In this document: positions 59,305 to 64,000 of the stretch, piece by piece | How the letters are laid out: the number at the start of each line of letters is the position of its first letter | Numbering within the stretch: the stretch's first letter is position 1 | Assembly (NCBI GenBank): GCA_043228905.1 | Contig: JBHGNT010000005.1 | Coordinates: 24,118,001-24,182,000, forward strand | DNA: 64,000 nt | Direction of reading: 5' to 3' | DNA from: Azolla caroliniana | Lineage: Eukaryota; Plantae; Polypodiophyta | The notes under the pieces: model-generated | Databases searched by the model: none | What the model was told of the DNA's origin: nothing | Seen by the model: the letters and a program-made list of their open reading frames with translations, nothing else | Made by a program: the position numbers and the translations under genes

Positions 59305-62300
59305 CTAGCGACCATCCATTGATGTGAAGCTATGGACAAGGCCCGAAGGGCATGCGGGCATGCTCACCATGGAATCACGAGTGTTGTCCGATGACGAAAC
59401 CGAAGCACCCTCGTAAGCTTGCCACTTTTTAAGAGCTTGTGGAAGCGTGAGGTCCAAGTCGATACCTTCCTCGTCCTCGGGGACATCATTAGGTTTCCAT
59501 TGCTCGACTATAGGAGAAAGCACGTTCACAGCATGGCTCATGTCGGGCCGGTTTTGGGGCTCCCGGGCCGTGCAATGCCACGCGAGCTCAGCTACCATAA
59601 GCACACTTTGTGATGGCGATGATGAGGGTGATGTTGTCCCGACCGCGATGGCATCATCGGCATTTAGTGCCGGATCTAAATGATCGAAAAGCTCAGCCTT
59701 GTCGGTGCCGTGAATAACACGCCGGAACCACGTCACTAAATGCATGCTTTCCTCGGGTTTCGTCTCATCCAATGCTTTGTGGCCCGTGAGGAGCTCCATT
59801 AGTATGACCCCAAAGCTAAACACGTCCGATTTCGTCGTCACACGTCCCGTCACTGCAACCAAATTGATGAAAAATTAATGAATACGAAGAAAACGATCAG
59901 GGTTATGACTGGTCTTTTTAGACCAACTTTTCTTAAATTGCTAGCAGGTAAGTACATTAGGATTCGAAACCTTACGAATTCTTTCATATCAAAAGGGGGA
60001 ATACTTCGACACGGTTTGTGTTTCAGCATTAACTTACATTCCTAGTGGGGAACTTCAACAACATTTTTTCTTGTTTGTTGCTTTTTAATATGAGCTTATA
60101 TTACCTAGTGGGGAACTTCAATCAACAAGAATTTTTCTTGTTTGTTGCTTTTTTAATATGATGAACTTATGTATATTACTAGTGGGAAACTACCACTAGA
60201 TTCTTCTGTATATTAAGTTATATTTCTAGTGGGAAACTTTGATGAGGTAAAAACCCAACAAAATAAATAATGCTAATATTAAATGAAGTGTAAAAGAAGG
60301 AGATGAATGAATGAATGAATGTATAACCACCACCCCATACCAGCATATTCCGGGGCCAAGTACCCGAATGTGCCCGCCAATCTCGTCTCCAAACATGATG
60401 TCCCCTCCGGCGCAAGCTTCACCAACCCAAAATCCGAGACTTTGGCCCTATAATCATCTCCTAGCAACACATTCGAGGGCTTCAAGTCGCGATGAATAAA
60501 GCTCTTATGAGCAAGCCCATGAAGGTACTCGATCCCTCGTGCCATGTCCAACGCGATGCCAAGACGTTTGTCCCACGGGAGGGGTGCAAGGCCAAGCTTT
60601 TTCCATTCAAAGAGATGTTGGCTCAAGGTCCCCTTGGGCATATACTCGTAGACGAGAAGCCTCTCATTTCCGCATACGCAATACCCAAGAAGAGCCACCA
60701 AGTTCCTATGCCGAACCTTGGTCAAGACACCAATCTCAGCCTGGAACTCATTTACACCATTGTTTTCGACAACACAAGATGTGGTCATCCTCTTCACGGC
60801 AATCTTTGTCCCGTCATCGAGCTCGCCTTTATACACCACTCCAAATCCACCCCGTCCCACCATGTTTTCTTCGGCAAAATCATTCGTGACATTGCGTAAG
60901 AGCTGTATTGAGACCACAAGGTTTCCGGCCTCTATCACTTGCACATTGTTCTCGCTAGGTAGTTCGTTGTTGGGCGTTGTAGTGTTGGGCATCGTGACAG
61001 TGACCTTGTACATGTCTCCATTGGTCTCAGGATCGGTGAAGGCGGCCCGAGCATGTGCTGGTGTCGGGCTTTGGACCCGGGACCCGGCCCTCTTCCTCTT
61101 ATACATGAGAAAGCAAAAGATCGAAGCTCCGACAAGCACAAGGAGACCAATGACTCCTAGTACAATCCCAACAATCGCAGCCGGAGGGAACTTGGAGGAT
61201 GTGTTTCTATCATCCACCGGGTCGAGACCCGAAGAATTGGCTGAGATGGGCAATGACGAAGAGGAGGGCATGAGGTGGTTGTTAATGTTGGCATTTCCGG
61301 TAAGGATCAAGCTGACTCGACTCGTGTTGAAAGAGGGTAAAGGCCCATAGAGATTGTTGTTGCTGAGATCTAGCAAGACCAAGGAGGTGAGCTGGGTTAA
61401 GGTAGAGGGTATGGTGCCATAGAGGTAATTCCCGCGGAGCACGATCTTGGCAAGGTGCGTGAGGTTCGCGATGTCGGGCGAGATGGTCCCATTCAACATG
61501 GAGTTGGGCAAGTTGAGGGACACCACATTCTTCCCTAGAGGGTCACAAGTGACACCTAGCCATGAGGAGGATGAAGAAGAAGCACCACCACCACCACCAC
61601 CACTACAAGGGTTGTTCCCATCCCAAGAGGAAAGGAGATTCGTCGGGTAATTGACACCATCGAGGAAGGAGAGCAATGCCGAGGTCTCGGGCGCGCAAGG
61701 GGCTCCCGGTTGGCCGGAGCAGAAGTTGTTTCCGGAATACGTGAAGCTAGAGAGGCTGGGGATGGTCGGGATGGGGCCGACGAGGAGGTTGTTTTGGAGG
61801 GAGAGGTGTTGTAAGGAGGACAATTTGGCGAAGGAGGCGGGGATCGGCCCGACAAGCCGATTATCATTGAGGCGGCAATCGGAAAGAGAGATGGCCGAGG
61901 TGCCGAGGCCCGGGGGTATACGGCCCGAGAAGGCATTCACTTGGAGCCAGAGTGTCTTGAGGGATGGCATCGAGGCCACGACCTCGATGGGCCCATACAG
62001 TGGGCTGCTACTCCCTACTTGATTGTTGAGCTCCAGGCGCGAGAGGCGCGAGAGGTTCCGGAAGGTTCCGGGGATCGGGCCCGAGAGGCGGTTGTAGGCT
62101 AGCCGGAGGTCTTCCAGGTTGGTTAGGCTGCCGAGGGAGGCCGGGATGGAGCCGGTGAGGGAGGTGTTTGTGAGAATTAGAGTGGTTAGGCTGGCCAATG
62201 ATCCAATGTCCGGCTCGGGGAATGTCCAGCCGGAGCCGGAGGCCCCCAATGGGTTGTTCTCCAGAGAGAGGGTGCTGAGGGATGTGAGGCCATGGAAGAA

Positions 62301-62777
62301 ATCTGCAGGTATGGAGGTGAATTGCTGGCCCCCCAGGTATGCAGAGATGAGGTTGGAGAGGCCACTGAAGGATGGGAGTGGGCCATGGAAGGAATTCCCC
62401 TGCAGAGCAATGTGCTGAAGGTTGGAGAGAGAGTTGAGAGAGGGAGGGAGTGTACCTGTGAGGCCCAGGTCTTTGAGCTGGAGCTGAGTCACATGGTTGC
62501 CTGTGCATTGGATGTATGGCCATGGCGGAACCTCTCCACCTCCTCCTCCGTCTCCACATGGGTCTGATCCTGACCATTGCTGAGAGAGGTTGGACGGATC
62601 ATCAGATGAGAGATGGGCGAGCAGGTCCTTGAGGACGGAGACGTCGGTAGGGTCTGTGGCGGCCTCCAGGTCATGGAGGAGGAAGGAGAAGGAGATGATG
62701 GTGATGGTGATGGTGATGGTGATGAAGAAGAAGAAGTGGCTATGGTGGACTCGAAGCATTGCTTGAGAGAGAGGCAT
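59305..62777 (-). CDS. TMK1: TMK-family (LRR-IX) receptor-like kinase; exons 62777-60341 and 59852-59305, 994 aa
   Basis: Signal peptide, two Cys-capped LRR blocks, TM helix, kinase ([26 protein letters not shown]). GT..AG intron 60340-59853 restores [12 protein letters not shown]-terminus SFTSMDGR. The symbol denotes family, not proven orthology. Confidence 0.95.
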
Positions 62778-62782
62778 AGACA

Positions 62783-63116
62783 GTGAGACAGAGACAGAGA
62801 CAGAGAGAGCAGAGAAAACAGGGGAGATATGAGAGAGAGAGAGAGAGAGAGAACAGGGGAGGTGAGAGACAGAGAGAGAGAGAGAGCAGAGGAAACAGGG
62901 GAGGTGAGAGAGAGAGAGAGAGAGAGAACAGGGGAGGTGAGAGACAGAGAGAGAGAGAGAGACAGAGAGAACAGGGGAGGTGAGAGACAGAGAGAGAGAG
63001 AGAGCAGAGGAAACAGGGGAGGTGAGAGAGAGAGAGAGAGAGAGAGCAGAGGAAACAGGGGAGGTGAGAGAGAGAGAACAGGGGAGGTGAGAGACAGAGA
63101 GAGAGAGAGAGAGAGC
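62783..63116. repeat. Compound (GA)n minisatellite immediately upstream of the TMK ATG
   Basis: About 8 repeats of AACAGGGGAGGTGAGA interspersed with (GA)n. Confidence 0.9.
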
Positions 63117-64000
63117 AATTACTGCTTACCTACAAAAACCATTTACTGCTTTTAGCTTTTTGCCTCTTGCAAAAAAAAGAAAATACCACTTACTGCTTTT
63201 TGTTTTTTGTTTTTTTTGTTTTTTTTGTTTTTGTGTTTTGCCTCTTGCAACAACAAAAAATAAAATCCCCCACTCACTTGCTTTCTGCTTTTGGGTCACC
63301 AAGTTGGTATGTACTTACAACAACAACACATTTGTTGTCTCTCTTTGATTGTTTGGTTGGTTGGGTTGTTTTAGTAGGCTCACTCTCCTAGCAGTTCAAG
63401 TGGGCTCTTTGTTAGCGAGCATCCTAAGCTTATCGTGGATACTTGAAATTGTTCAAGAACTAGGTGTATGAAGAACCCTAGGTTATGTCGTCTGTGTGGA
63501 GATCATGAGGTCCTTAGCTCCATATATTGGGGCTTGCAAAAGAGGCCCATGTTCGTGGGCCGTATGATTGATGGGTGTGTGTCTATGGAGACCACGTTGG
63601 CATTACCTCTCCATACGCTAGTGCAGAACCTGATTTAGGAGAAGAAATACTATTGAGGAGCAGTTGTACATGAAAGCATACATATTTCAAACCCTAAAAC
63701 CTAGGCCAATCTTCTAAGGGCTCGCCACCGAGAGTGATGCACTTGGTTAGTTTTCGTCTAAGTTTACTGAAGTGATAGCTTTTTTTTTGTCCATGGCTCG
63801 AGGAACCGAGTGAGGGATGTGTTGGATTGTATTTAGTGTGGCAATCTACGTACATATAAAGACAATCGAACTTGAACCGATAACTTCATACTTGCAAAAC
63901 ATGTGTTCTACCACTCAAAAGGATGGCCCCCATTCAGGCATGTACCACATCTCATTATATATGAAGTACATATCATATGGGTGAACCGTCGCTTGCTTGT

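Noticed and set aside
60279-60340. ORF-track C-terminus GMGWWLYIH... of the kinase
   Set aside because: Intron read-through; splicing at 60340 restores the conserved kinase sequence.
62489-63155. ORFs rich in LS/RE repeats (also 2428-2782, 6667-7344, 44349-44869)
   Set aside because: Translations of (CT/GA)n microsatellites.

Overview
Land-plant nuclear DNA (element types suggest a non-seed plant such as a fern; inference). About 1-54 kb is a pile of nested, mostly decayed retrotransposons. Three minus-strand Athila-like Ty3/gypsy elements (A 17562-27329, C 10534-32341 with AGAGT TSD, E ~7805-42415) each carry a large extra ORF downstream of integrase. There are three copies of a tRNA-Trp-primed gypsy-type family (B), two kinds of chromovirus (D, F), two copia elements (G, H) and LINE fragments. 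The right end holds MITEs, an intact tRNA-Lys(CUU) gene and a two-exon TMK-type LRR receptor kinase. Best novelty candidate: elements A and C have no polypurine tract. Instead, 2 nt before the 3' LTR both carry a conserved copy of a tRNA-Arg 3' end (a second, inverted PBS), which suggests tRNA-primed or tRNA-mimic-primed plus-strand synthesis. The same lineage carries a conserved ~900-aa non-env accessory protein. All alignments were done by eye and the tRNA matches rely on recalled plant tRNA sequences.
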